A DNA stretch of 64,000 bases from Candidatus Bathyarchaeia archaeon (GCA_038870975.1 JAVZJD010000001.1:320001-384000); one strand, 5' to 3'. Shown: positions 8,206 through 18,381, numbered from the stretch's first letter. The notes: generated by a model not told the origin, from the sequence alone. Made by a program: numbers and translations.

Positions 8206-9348
8206 TTAGTGTTTTTGCTTGGTGATTTCTACAAACTCTTCTACAGATTTCAACATCTTAGGTTTGACTCTTCCAGTAATCGAATATATCTTCTCTACGA
8301 ACTTGCCAATTTCTTCCAAACCAGCTAATACGTTAAATTCTATGGTGAATTTCCTCTCTTCACCCGGTTGAATAAATTGTAGAGTACCCCACTTTCTCTC
8401 TTTATCCCTACCTAAGACTAAGCAATTAGCTGGTTCCAATCCGACTACGTAAGTACCTTCGCCCATCATCTTCCACTCTACGAAGCGGTTTAGCTCCCCC
8501 TTCCTATACTTAATGTAAACCCCTAAACCATCTAGAAGCTTTTCATTAATTATACCAGCATAGGCGTATCCATCGCTGTCCACTTCCATATCATGAAAGT
8601 AAACCTTCTCCCTAAAACCTCTAGTTGGATGTTGAAATCTATCGTATCTCTCAGCTTCTTCCTCGGCATACACATCTCTTGGAACGTAAAGTTTCGACGT
8701 TGAAATCAAGTATGCATTTTCATCTATGAGGGGAAAGCCAAAGTTGAAGTGATATAAAATCATTAAGGGTTGGGCTTCCCAACCCTCGTTCACTACAAGA
8801 TCTTCAATAACCACAGTTTTAGATCCAAGTTTAGACTCAATCCTACGCTTTAAAACAAGGTTTGAGCCAAAAACCTTAGACTCCCTACAGGATCCTTCAA
8901 CGACCATAACGTAGTCTTCCCCATCCCAATAACCTTCAACCCTTGTAAGCCTAGCAGGAATGTAAGATATACGACCATGCAGACCAAGGCTTTCATCCAT
9001 ATCGACTGTGGGCGCTCCAAGATAGGTTAAACCACAAGTCGTAAGAAGCCCTCCGAAGAAGCCCCGAAGCCAGCCGAAACCTTCAGGCTCAAAGAAAGAT
9101 GGAGCGACAAATCCAGTCGGGCTTATCCAAGCTAAAGGTATCCCTTTATACTCCGCATTAGCTATATCTAACCCCCTATCCACAATTATCAATAAATCGA
9201 CTTCTCCAGTCTTCATAGAGGCGATTCTAACGTCACGCTCCATACCATCCTGAGCCTTTAGAAGCCTAACCCCACCTACTTGATCTATGCTTCCCACTCG
9301 TTTAAGCAATTCACCTCGTTTAAAGGATTTACCGTATAGGTAAACCAA
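8206..9348 (-). CDS. aldose 1-epimerase-like protein (DUF4432)
   Basis: DRGLDI, GGLLTTCG, GLHGR, LYHFNFG and YVVGLEP. RBS GGAGGTG precedes TTG at 9348. Confidence 0.85.
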   Translation of the reverse strand: MVYLYGKSFKRGELLKRVGSIDQVGGVRLLKAQDGMERDVRIASMKTGEVDLLIIVDRGLDIANAEYKGIPLAWISPTGFVAPSFFEPEGFGWLRGFFGGLLTTCGLTYLGAPTVDMDESLGLHGRISYIPARLTRVEGYWDGEDYVMVVEGSCRESKVFGSNLVLKRRIESKLGSKTVVIEDLVVNEGWEAQPLMILYHFNFGFPLIDENAYLISTSKLYVPRDVYAEEEAERYDRFQHPTRGFREKVYFHDMEVDSDGYAYAGIINEKLLDGLGVYIKYRKGELNRFVEWKMMGEGTYVVGLEPANCLVLGRDKERKWGTLQFIQPGEERKFTIEFNVLAGLEEIGKFVEKIYSITGRVKPKMLKSVEEFVEITKQKH

Positions 9349-9391
9349 ACTATAACACCTCCAGTTAAAATAACGTCGAAAAAGCATAAAA

Positions 9392-9490
9392 CTAACTTGT
9401 CTTTAAGCGTATGTAGTCGAGCAAGTCTACTCCAGTCTTCTTAAGTAGTTCATAAAGCGCTTTGAGAGGCAAACCAACTACATTGAAAAC
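9392..9490 (-). pseudogene. 3' remnant of a Maf-family NTP pyrophosphatase
   Basis: Translates FNVVGLPLKALYELLKKTGVDLLDYIRLKTS*, which has the Maf C-terminal NVVGLP motif. The frame is closed by TGA at 9509-9511. Confidence 0.6.
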
Positions 9491-9504
9491 ACCCAAAATG
9501 TCAT

Positions 9505-10097
9505 ATGTTCATATCCGTGCCAATAGCCAGCGCAAGAGATCAGATGATACTAAAAACAGTCGACATAAGTTTAGGCCCTTACAACCCAGACGAGGTTATA
9601 CGCAGAAGTCTAGAATTATATGGAAGAAATGTTAAATCCGAGGGATTCTATGGCGACGAAAAAGATTACACGTACTCAGACACGCTGGAAAAGCTGACAA
9701 AACCTGTTACACAAATTGAAAATGCCGCAGAAAAATATCCAGCGAAAAAGGCGCCAAAGCAAGAGATACTGGCATAAACGTGCATCTGCAACGAAATTAG
9801 AAAAGATTGGGAGGGCAAAGGCTACAGTGTTGTATGCTCCATAGAACGAGGGCATCCAGACATAGTGGTATCTGATCAAGACGACAAGGTTGTCGAAGTA
9901 ACGGCTGTTAAAACATACAGCCTCGAGATCACAACAGGCAAAGGCTGCCGAAACGTTAAGGGTAAAAAGTATGCCGCAAGCTTTTCCCAAAAAAAAAGGA
10001 CGCAAAAGCAGAATACCAATATGCCTTAAAAAATGGACTAAATAAAATAAAGCTTATAGCAGTAAACCTTAAAACAGAAATAAAATTTAATTTGTAA
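9505..10097 (+). pseudogene. degraded PD-(D/E)xK nuclease-like gene
   Basis: The frame continues past TAA 9775 as ICNEIRKDWEGKGYSV..GHPDIVV..VEVTAVKT. A further frameshift occurs at the A9 tract 9989-9997. Confidence 0.55.
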
Positions 10098-10219
10098 TTC
10101 CTCTAACTTATCTTCTTTCCCATGATATTTCTTGTTTTTAGATACGTCTTAGCGCTCTCTTACCTTCACTGGCTATCAGTTGGCAGAACCTTAACATCGT
10201 GATCAGTTCCAAGATAATG

Positions 10220-10560
10220 TCATATCCTCCTTACATTTCCATCATTGAGAGTGTGGATGGCATAAGCATTATACTTGCCCTTGACTTTCCAAGTTAAACA
10301 GCCCTTATCGCGTCCGCTGGCTTCAAAGACCCTTATGTCTAGGCGTTCTGCGCGTATACTGCTTGTTACGAGGAGTGCTTCATCATATCCGTGCGCCAGA
10401 GCCTCTAGTAGTTGCCCTAATCCGCGCAGGATATCGTCGTTATCGCTCTTCAATTTAACCGCAATTCTAATGCCGCGCTCATAAACCTCACCATCAATCA
10501 TACCATTACCAACGTGAATTCCGCCCTTAGGAAAGAGGACTATAAAGTGATCAGCGAACC
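10220..10560 (-). pseudogene. fragment of a restriction-endonuclease-like (PD-(D/E)xK, QxxxY-like) protein
   Basis: IDGEVYERGIRIAVKLKS..ILRGLGQLLEALAHGYDEALLV. The catalytic E appears replaced by K. Confidence 0.45.
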
Positions 10561-10774
10561 GAAGCCAAAACACGTGGAGTTTAGTGAAGTAACATTGATT
10601 AGCGCCCCTCCAAGAAGAAAATATGTTCATTTCTATGGGCTGAAGCATGACGATGATAGGGTGCTCGGTATGGAGATTGTTCGCTCTATCTTAAGGGATA
10701 TTTATGGCGATGCAGGCGTATTTGCTGCGGATTTAGCGTTGGCTAGATCTAGAACTATCAAGATGGATGCTTAA
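10514..10774 (+). CDS. hypothetical 86-aa ORF or gene fragment within the decayed island
   Basis: ORF track only; overlaps the opposite-strand nuclease fragment. Confidence 0.25.
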   Translation: MNSALRKEDYKVISEPKPKHVEFSEVTLISAPPRRKYVHFYGLKHDDDRVLGMEIVRSILRDIYGDAGVFAADLALARSRTIKMDA

Positions 10775-10827
10775 AAAATATATAATAATGTTGGTCAGGG
10801 AGCAATGAATAGTTTAAGTGAAGTAAA

Positions 10828-10983
10828 ATGGAAGTAGAGGGATATAGAGAGAAACTTTCGGTTGTGGAAAAGTATATCCTTATGTTACTTTTATGTTGCA
10901 AACGGAAAGATTAAGGGGAAATTATGGCTCCAAAAGAGATATTTGAACCATCTAAGTCTTTTACAGAATTAGCAGAAGAATAA
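10828..10983 (+). pseudogene. frameshifted YwgA/Panacea(SocA)-like wHTH antitoxin fragment
   Basis: With two frameshifts it reads MEVEGYREKLSVVEKYILMLLYVANGKIKGKLWLQKEIFE.SKSFTELAEE*, showing the IxGxxxLQK signature. Confidence 0.5.
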
Positions 10984-11021
10984 ATGCGGACGTAGAACAT
11001 AAATTTTTAACACTAAATTGA

Positions 11022-11130
11022 TGCGGGGGGTGGGATTTGAACCCACGTAGGGCCTACGCCCACGAGGTTTCTTATTAAAGTCCCTTAGATCTTGAGCCTC
11101 GCGCATTTAACCTGGCTCTGCTACCCCCGC
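11022..11130 (-). tRNA. tRNA-Leu(CAA) with a 22-nt intron at 37/38 (11069-11090)
   Basis: GCGGGGG acceptor, CGAGG-CT-CAA-G^intron^A-CCTCG, long variable arm and GGTTCAAATCC. Relaxed BHB junction. Confidence 0.93.
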
Positions 11131-11292
11131 ATTAAAATCTTACGGTATTGTTCCTCATAAACTTTAATTCTCATACCGTAATGAGTTAAAACAGCTAATA
11201 AAGAATGAAAGTCTCCTCAAAAACAGGAATATTCATCCTCTAACACCTAAAACCTTAAAGAGTCCTATTTCGCATATTTACTGTGTAAATGA

Positions 11293-11787
11293 ATGTCTAA
11301 ACGAGAGAATCTACTCTACAGACTCGCTGAAGTCATAGCCGGTGGAGATGGCGTCAAAATAATTAAGTGTCTCATAGATAATGGAAGCATGAGAGATGAC
11401 GAGCTAGCGTTAACTTTAGGCTTAAAGCCCAATATAGTGAGACGGATCCTATACCAGTTCGCTGAAAACTCTATCGTAACAGTTCAAAGGTTTAGAGATG
11501 AAAAAACAGGCTGGTACTACTTCAAGTGGATAGTCCAATTAGACCAAGTTGAACTCTACCTTGAAGACCAGAGGAGAAAACTCATTAAACGGCTTAAAGA
11601 AAGACTTCAATACGAAAAAAGCCACGAATTCTACTCTTGCCCAAAAGGCTGCACAAGGTTAACGTTTGAAGAAGCCGTCGAGAATAATTTTACCTGTAGT
11701 ACATGCGGCACCTCACTTCAGTATGAAGACAATAAGAAGATCATAAACCGACTGGAAGCCAAAATAAGGGAATTAAGTGAAGATTAG
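11293..11787 (+). CDS. tfe: transcription factor E alpha
   Basis: wHTH with VRRILY and RDEKTGWY, plus C-terminal Zn ribbon CPKGC...CSTCG. Confidence 0.93.
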   Translation: MSKRENLLYRLAEVIAGGDGVKIIKCLIDNGSMRDDELALTLGLKPNIVRRILYQFAENSIVTVQRFRDEKTGWYYFKWIVQLDQVELYLEDQRRKLIKRLKERLQYEKSHEFYSCPKGCTRLTFEEAVENNFTCSTCGTSLQYEDNKKIINRLEAKIRELSED

Positions 11788-11860
11788 CATTAATACATCA
11801 TACTTAAAACGATGAGCCATTCAAGCAACATACCTGTTAGAATGTAAGGAGTTTATACAT

Positions 11861-12679
11861 ATGTCTGTAGGCAGTAGATACACTGTCAAACTAAACCAGA
11901 GAATATACGGTTCATATGGCTCTAAAGGTTTGAAGGCTTTAGAGAAACTGTTGAACCCCCTGATGAAAGCTCTCAGAATACACATTTCAGATTACCACAT
12001 CGCGTCCAATGGATGGGTGGAAGTCTCACTCGAAGGTGAAAATTTAGAAGCTGGTGTGAATTTAATATCTACGGTAATTGGAATACTTCCAAAAACACAC
12101 CTAGATATATCGAAGGGCTGTATACTGAAATGTAGAATTTTAACGCTAAAACAGGACGGATTATATGTAGACGCGGGATTAAAAAACCTAGCTATAACTG
12201 TTCCAATGAATATTCTAAAGTCTCAACTGTTCAACGGACATAATAAGACTATTGAAGACCTTGAAAGCCTATACATGCTATACATGGATTTTCCAGTTGA
12301 ACTATACGTCAGAGAAATATACGATAATTTGATCACTTGCGCTTTATCTTGGAGATGGCTGAAATGGATCGAGGAAATAGTAACATCTGGCTTCAACCGT
12401 ATATACGTTGCAGGCGTCGACTTGAATACGATCGAAAGTACTCTCAATAGAAAACCATATAGAGACTATGTACTAGATTTTATACGTCTCGGAGTTCTAG
12501 AAACAATACTTCTAATAGACCCTTTGATAAAACCCTACAAACTCTACAACTATATTGGAAAAAATTTAAAGCCGAGTATACTAAAGCTTTCAAAGTTTTC
12601 TAAGCACCTTAGGGAGCTCTCTTACACTTTCCAAGACGAGGCTTGGTTTAATCCCTCTCCACCTTTCCAAATCCCTTAA
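11861..12679 (+). CDS. DUF2110-like protein
   Basis: Position after tfe, S1-like GLYVDAG segment and matching size. Confidence 0.6.
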   Translation: MSVGSRYTVKLNQRIYGSYGSKGLKALEKLLNPLMKALRIHISDYHIASNGWVEVSLEGENLEAGVNLISTVIGILPKTHLDISKGCILKCRILTLKQDGLYVDAGLKNLAITVPMNILKSQLFNGHNKTIEDLESLYMLYMDFPVELYVREIYDNLITCALSWRWLKWIEEIVTSGFNRIYVAGVDLNTIESTLNRKPYRDYVLDFIRLGVLETILLIDPLIKPYKLYNYIGKNLKPSILKLSKFSKHLRELSYTFQDEAWFNPSPPFQIP

Positions 12680-13381
12680 ACTCGTGGCCCCAGTTAAAAC
12701 AAGCACTGTTAAAGCGTTGATTCTCCAACCTGCCTTCACGTCTGTATCCAATCGATCTCCAACGACGACCGTTTCAAATCCATTGACCCCCAGCTTCCTA
12801 AGGGCAATTCTCATGATTATCGGTGATGGCTTCCCCACGACTAAAGGTCTTCTACCAGTAGCTTTAGATATAGCTGCAACTATTGCTCCAGCACCTGGAA
12901 TTAGCCTGTCTTCGACAGGAACTGTCGGGTCTGTGTTGGTAGCTACGAATCTAGCTCCGCCGTAGATGGCTTGGCATGCATATTTAAGTTTTTCATAGTT
13001 GAAGTCAAAGTCTAAGCATGCCACTACAAATTCCACTTCGGGTTTTTCTCTCAAGTTTAAGACAGTATGTCCCATTCTTCTAAGCTCTTCTTCAAGAGCT
13101 CTTCCTCCAACAGGTAAAACTCTAACCCGACCATACCTTTCGGCAAGATATATTGAAGTGGCTAAGCCCGATGTAAGTACCTCTTCCATCTGACACTTTA
13201 TGCCGAGTTTATTTAGACGGCTCGTATATTCCTCTACGGTCTTCGTAGCGTTGTTGGTCAAAAACATGACCTTAAACCCGATTTCCCTTAATTCTTCCAA
13301 AGCTTCTGAAGCCCCTTCTATGGGAATGTCTCCTCTATACAGACACCCATCTAAGTCAAAGATTACTGCTTTAATCCCCAT
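12590..13381 (-). CDS. HAD-IIA hydrolase (NagD-like)
   Basis: DLDG, LTNN, GKPS and GDRLDTD motifs. Confidence 0.92.
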   Translation of the reverse strand: MGIKAVIFDLDGCLYRGDIPIEGASEALEELREIGFKVMFLTNNATKTVEEYTSRLNKLGIKCQMEEVLTSGLATSIYLAERYGRVRVLPVGGRALEEELRRMGHTVLNLREKPEVEFVVACLDFDFNYEKLKYACQAIYGGARFVATNTDPTVPVEDRLIPGAGAIVAAISKATGRRPLVVGKPSPIIMRIALRKLGVNGFETVVVGDRLDTDVKAGWRINALTVLVLTGATSLRDLERWRGIKPSLVLESVRELPKVLRKL

Positions 13382-13480
13382 GTTTTCACCCCTTAAACCT
13401 CGTGGAGTTAAATTTAACAGTATGTTTTTAAAAAATAATAACGTAGGAATTTGTACCCTTGGAAAAGCCTCGACAATGCA

Positions 13481-14893
13481 ATGGTGTTTACGGTATATAC
13501 TAGTGTCAACGATGCTTATGTTCCGCTCATACTAGACTTCATATACGATACTTACGTACTCCCACTTGGAAAACGCATAATACACGTTGAGAAAGCCAGA
13601 GACTTCATTGGGGAATTTTTAAGATTCACTATAGCCTTGGAAAACGGATTTATTAATGTCGAAGTTAGAGCCTTTAAAATATTGGAGTTTACAATATCTT
13701 GGGATGGATTGGTCGATAAGTCCATAGTAAATAGAATTCGAGAAGACCTTATAATCGCTGTTAGAATGTTTGAAGATAACTTCCGAAGGTCTTCAATATT
13801 CCTAACATTCGTAGAGAACAGCAGTCCCATTCCTGAGAGATTTAAAGCTAGAAGCAGAGTTATTGAACGCATATTCACAGACAGTATGATACTCTTCTTC
13901 GCATTCTTCCTAGTAATAAACATGATAATTTTTGCTATAAGTCCATTCTACGCCCCCATAATAATAGTACTTTTCCAGTTCTGCATTCTTCTCTGCTCCC
14001 ACAAGATAATAATGAAGCTCGGAGATTGGAAGATAACGGCTGAGAGCCAAAACGTAACTGTAGTTCAATACCACCTTTTTCCAGACGAGTATAGAATGGT
14101 TTTAGATATGATTAGAGTTAAAGGTAGAGACTGGCTTTACCAAGTTAAGCATGAGATCTACGAGAAGACTTTAGCGCAGAATAGAAGCTTAGACTTGAAT
14201 GTAATAGCTGACGTTTTACATAAGAATGGTATATTCTTCAGACCTGAGGACCTTCAGATCAAAACTATAAACATCTATAGACTCGTCAAAGAAGCCAGTG
14301 AAGAATTCAATTTACCTATGCCACGTGTAGTAATTTCTAATACAATCATACCGAACGCTGCGGCCTCAGGTGTCGGTCCAAAGTTTGGAGTAGTTATGAT
14401 AACAACCGGTCTATTGACAACTCTAGAAGAAGGTGAAATCTACGCCGTGATAAACCACGAACTTAGCCATCTTAAGGGTAGAGACCCAGTTATACTATTC
14501 GCTTTATCTGCTTTCGAATACTTATTCAGGCTCTATGTTCTGCTTCCCATAGCACCTATACTATTCTTCATACCATTCCTATACTTCTTCTTCATAATGA
14601 GCGCCATCTTCTTCGTAGGGAAGTTCCTAGAAGCTAAATCAGACTTAGAAGCAGCTATTAAAACCAGACAGCCCCAGCTGTTAGCAGAGTCTCTTAGAAA
14701 GATAGGTTATAATAGGCTTAGACTTGAAAGATCATCGGAGTTTAGGTTTGAATCTTGGCTTGGATGGGACCCACATCCACCCATTTCATTTAGGATAAAT
14801 AGACTTGAAAACCTTGAAGACTTAGATAGTATAAAGCATCCTCTTTTAAGATCAATCTCCGATGTTATTAAAGGGTTTATAAAGTCCTTTTAA
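13481..14893 (+). CDS. M48 (HtpX-like) membrane zinc metalloprotease with long N-terminal extension
   Basis: PNAAA, HELSH, E..SD, HPP..RI and TM segments. Confidence 0.85.
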   Translation: MVFTVYTSVNDAYVPLILDFIYDTYVLPLGKRIIHVEKARDFIGEFLRFTIALENGFINVEVRAFKILEFTISWDGLVDKSIVNRIREDLIIAVRMFEDNFRRSSIFLTFVENSSPIPERFKARSRVIERIFTDSMILFFAFFLVINMIIFAISPFYAPIIIVLFQFCILLCSHKIIMKLGDWKITAESQNVTVVQYHLFPDEYRMVLDMIRVKGRDWLYQVKHEIYEKTLAQNRSLDLNVIADVLHKNGIFFRPEDLQIKTINIYRLVKEASEEFNLPMPRVVISNTIIPNAAASGVGPKFGVVMITTGLLTTLEEGEIYAVINHELSHLKGRDPVILFALSAFEYLFRLYVLLPIAPILFFIPFLYFFFIMSAIFFVGKFLEAKSDLEAAIKTRQPQLLAESLRKIGYNRLRLERSSEFRFESWLGWDPHPPISFRINRLENLEDLDSIKHPLLRSISDVIKGFIKSF

Positions 14894-14950
14894 CCGAATT
14901 CTTAAATATCACGATTGAATGGTTTATGTTGTATTAAAAGGTGGTCTGTG

Positions 14951-17392
14951 ATGTCTGAAGACAGAGCGAAAAAACTAGTCCTCTGGTTTGAAGAGCTTAG
15001 GAAGGAGGATGTTCCACTGGTTGGAGGTAAATGTGCAAACTTAGGTGAAATGATAAATGCTGGAATACCAGTACCGCCTGGATTTGCAGTATCCGCCTAT
15101 GCGTATAAACTCTTCCTCGAAAAAACAGGTATAGCTGAGAAAGTCTATTCAATAATAAGAGAAACTGTTAAAGATCCAAACGACCCTAAGCAGTATGAAG
15201 AGGCTTCTGCGAAAATTAGAGAATTAATAGAATCCACACCGATACCGAGTGAAATAGAAAAAGCCATAAGAGAAAACTATGAGATGCTTAACGACCGAGT
15301 AGGAGCCATTGAAGCATTCGTAGCCGTAAGGTCTTCCGCTACTGCTGAAGATTTGCCGGATGCATCTTTTGCAGGTCAGCAAGAGACTTTCTTAAACGTT
15401 AAGGGAGGGGATGACCTCGTTTACTATGTTCGTAAATGCTGGTCTAGCTTATTCACCCCTAGAGCAATATTCTACAGGACTCAAAAGGGCTTCCCACACG
15501 AAAGGGTTTTGATAAGCGTAGCAGTTCAGAAAATGGTAAACAGCAAAGCTGCTGGAGTAATTTTTACACTCCATCCGGTTACAGGCGATAGGAGTAAAAT
15601 AGTAATTGAAGGCGCTTGGGGCTTGGGAGAAGCCGTAGTCTCTGGAGCAGTAACACCCGATAGGTTCGTAGTCGATAAAGCTACGCTTAAAATCCTAGCT
15701 AAAGAAGTCGCCGATAAGACCGTTGAATACGTGAGAGAACCTAAGACTGGCAAAACAATACATGCTGAAGTCCCTCCAGAACGTAGAAACATACCATGTT
15801 TAACGGATGAGGAAATAATGGAGCTCGCCAAACTCGCTAGACGTATAGAGCAACACTACGGAAAACCTCAGGACATAGAGTTTGCGATAGACAGGGATTT
15901 ACCGTTCCCTCAGAACGTATACATAGTCCAATCAAGACCTGAAACAGTTTGGAGTTTTAAAGCTGAAGAGAAGCCAACTGTTGAAGCCCCAACACCCGTC
16001 GAGAAGCTAGTGCCAATCCTTAAAGGGCTACCCGCAAGTCCAGGAATATACGCAGGTAGAGTCAAAGTCGCTCTAGATCACAAGGAGGCAGCCAAAGTCA
16101 TGGAAAAGGGGGACATACTGGTCACGAAAATGACAAACCCAGACTGGGTTCCATACATGAGGATGGCTGGTGCTATAGTGACCGATGATGGAGGTATGAC
16201 CTGCCACGCAGCTATAGTTTCAAGAGAATTAGGAATACCATGCATAGTTGGATCTAAAGAGGCTACTAAAGTACTTAGAAGTGGCTCCTACTATACAATC
16301 GATGCAACTTCGGGCATCGTCTATGAAGGTATAGTTGAATCTCTAATTAAACCCGCACCTAAAGCTACTCCAACAGCCGTAACGGCGGAAGCCGTCATGA
16401 CATTGCCACAGTGGGCTATCTATCCTCCCGTAACAGCTACTAAGATCTACGTGAACCTTTCAATACCTGATGTAGCAGAAAAAGTCTTCAATGAGAGCCG
16501 CCCAGACGGGGTCGGCCTACTTAGGGCTGAACACTTAATGCTCAGCGTGGGTAAACATCCGAGGCTCTTAATAGAAGAAGGTGGAGCTGAAAAAATGGTT
16601 GATGCCTTTGCCGAAGGCATTAGAAAAGTTGCACAGGTGTTCTTCCCAAGACCTGTGGTTTACAGATTCTTAGATTTTAAACCTGATGAGTTCCTAGCAT
16701 TACCTGGCGGTGAAAAATATGAAAAAGAAGCTGGACACGTAGGCCCTAATCCGCTTATAGGTTATAGAGGGGCCTTTAGGTATATTAAGGAGCCAGATAT
16801 CTTCAGGCTTGAATGCCAAGCTATCAAGAAAGTCAGAGAAGAGTATGGTCTTAAAAACGTGTGGGTTATGGTACCCTTCGTAAGGACAGTGGAGGAGTTT
16901 AAGAACTGTCTTAAAATCATGGAAGAAGAAGGGTTAAAGAAGGGGCCAGACTTCAAAGTCTGGATAATGGTTGAAGTACCGAGTACAGTGCTTCTCATAG
17001 ACAAGTTTATTGAAGCAGGCATCGACGGTGTAAGCTTTGGAACAAACGACCTTACAATGCTCATACTCGGCATAGACAGAGACGATGCATCTGTCCAAGA
17101 AATCTACGATGAGAGGAACCTGGCGGTTTTGAGAGCTTTAAGCCATGTAATAAGACTATGCCGTGAACACAACGTAACCACAAGCATCTGCGGACAAGCT
17201 CCTTCAAACTACCCAGAGATAGTCGAATTCCTAGTTAAAGAAGGCGCCACCAGTCTATCTGTAAACCCTGACAAGGTCATAGAGACAAGAGTGCTTGTGG
17301 CGTCTATAGAAAGGAAAATCCTACTAGAGAGACTAGCAGAATCTAAAAAAGACAAGCCGTTTTTTAAATTCAGCTGGTCTGAAGAACTCTAG
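14951..17392 (+). CDS. ppsA: phosphoenolpyruvate synthase
   Basis: VGGKCANLGE, AVRSSATAED, TCHAAIVSRE phospho-His, SFGTNDLT and SICGQ. Confidence 0.96.
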   Translation: MSEDRAKKLVLWFEELRKEDVPLVGGKCANLGEMINAGIPVPPGFAVSAYAYKLFLEKTGIAEKVYSIIRETVKDPNDPKQYEEASAKIRELIESTPIPSEIEKAIRENYEMLNDRVGAIEAFVAVRSSATAEDLPDASFAGQQETFLNVKGGDDLVYYVRKCWSSLFTPRAIFYRTQKGFPHERVLISVAVQKMVNSKAAGVIFTLHPVTGDRSKIVIEGAWGLGEAVVSGAVTPDRFVVDKATLKILAKEVADKTVEYVREPKTGKTIHAEVPPERRNIPCLTDEEIMELAKLARRIEQHYGKPQDIEFAIDRDLPFPQNVYIVQSRPETVWSFKAEEKPTVEAPTPVEKLVPILKGLPASPGIYAGRVKVALDHKEAAKVMEKGDILVTKMTNPDWVPYMRMAGAIVTDDGGMTCHAAIVSRELGIPCIVGSKEATKVLRSGSYYTIDATSGIVYEGIVESLIKPAPKATPTAVTAEAVMTLPQWAIYPPVTATKIYVNLSIPDVAEKVFNESRPDGVGLLRAEHLMLSVGKHPRLLIEEGGAEKMVDAFAEGIRKVAQVFFPRPVVYRFLDFKPDEFLALPGGEKYEKEAGHVGPNPLIGYRGAFRYIKEPDIFRLECQAIKKVREEYGLKNVWVMVPFVRTVEEFKNCLKIMEEEGLKKGPDFKVWIMVEVPSTVLLIDKFIEAGIDGVSFGTNDLTMLILGIDRDDASVQEIYDERNLAVLRALSHVIRLCREHNVTTSICGQAPSNYPEIVEFLVKEGATSLSVNPDKVIETRVLVASIERKILLERLAESKKDKPFFKFSWSEEL

Positions 17393-17442
17393 TAGTCTCC
17401 AAAGTTTTTAAGCTTCAGCACCTTCCTTTTTATTGAATAATC

Positions 17443-17862
17443 TTGCCCAATAGAAGAGGGTTTAAAGAAGAGAGAGAACTCGTCAATAGACTTGAAAAGC
17501 TGGGCTTCGCTGTTTTAAGAGCCCCGGCATCAGGATCTGGGACTAAATCTGACAGGCCAGACATATTAGCCGGTCGTAGAGGGCTATGCATAGCTCTAGA
17601 GGTTAAAACAACTAACCGTAAAGTTCTTTATGTTAGTTTAGAAAGCTTAGACCAATTGGTCAGATTTTCAGATAAGTTTGGTGCAAATCCGTATCTTGCA
17701 GTCAAATTTAAAAGATCTGGTTATAGTTGGCTTCTCTTAAAACCTGAAGACTTGAAGAAAAGCTGTAAATACTACAAGATAACTTTAGAAGAGGCGTATA
17801 GAAAGGGTTTCCCTCCCGAGGCTATTTTATCGGCTAAACTCGAAGAATTTGGAGGAAATTAA
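17443..17862 (+). CDS. hjc: Holliday junction resolvase
   Basis: ERELV..L...GF.VLRAPASG...PDILA...EVKT. Confidence 0.92.
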   Translation: MPNRRGFKEERELVNRLEKLGFAVLRAPASGSGTKSDRPDILAGRRGLCIALEVKTTNRKVLYVSLESLDQLVRFSDKFGANPYLAVKFKRSGYSWLLLKPEDLKKSCKYYKITLEEAYRKGFPPEAILSAKLEEFGGN

Positions 17863-17864
17863 CC

Positions 17865-18296
17865 ATGCCTTTACCAGATGTCGAAGACATAGTTGAATTC
17901 ATAGCCTTAAAATACGGCTATTCTTCTAAAATAGTTGAAATAGGTGTTGGCTTTCAATTCGACGTGGCTATTGCACTGAAAAAGAGGCTTCCCAACACGT
18001 TAATAGTGGTCGTAGACGTAAATCCAAATGCTGTGGAAGAGGCTAGAAGGCTGAGTTTGACAGCCTACGTAGATGATGTTCAAAAACCAAATATGAAAAT
18101 ATACGAGGGTACGTCATTGTTATACGCGATTAGACCACCTCCTGAGTTAATACCATGCATTCGTAGAATTGCTGAAAAGATCAAATGTCCGCTTATAATA
18201 CGTCTCCTATCGGGAGAACCAGTAATACTCGATCGACAACAGGGATGGCGTACAATAATCCATGGGAAGGCCAGATTACAACTATTGGACTTATGA
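17865..18296 (+). CDS. UPF0146 family protein
   Basis: VEIGVG, DDV..P..IY and YAIRPPPEL. Confidence 0.85.
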   Translation: MPLPDVEDIVEFIALKYGYSSKIVEIGVGFQFDVAIALKKRLPNTLIVVVDVNPNAVEEARRLSLTAYVDDVQKPNMKIYEGTSLLYAIRPPPELIPCIRRIAEKIKCPLIIRLLSGEPVILDRQQGWRTIIHGKARLQLLDL

Positions 18297-18381
18297 AGCT
18301 TCAAATGAAACAACCGCTTCTCCATACTTTCAGACGAGAAGATTTTTCAGAAGGCTAAGAGTGAATTTTTACAGATGTCAT

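Noticed and set aside
9505-9777. Initially read as a DDE transposase (FYGDEKDY)
   Set aside because: No further DDE motifs or terminal inverted repeats; the downstream frame fits a PD-(D/E)xK nuclease better.
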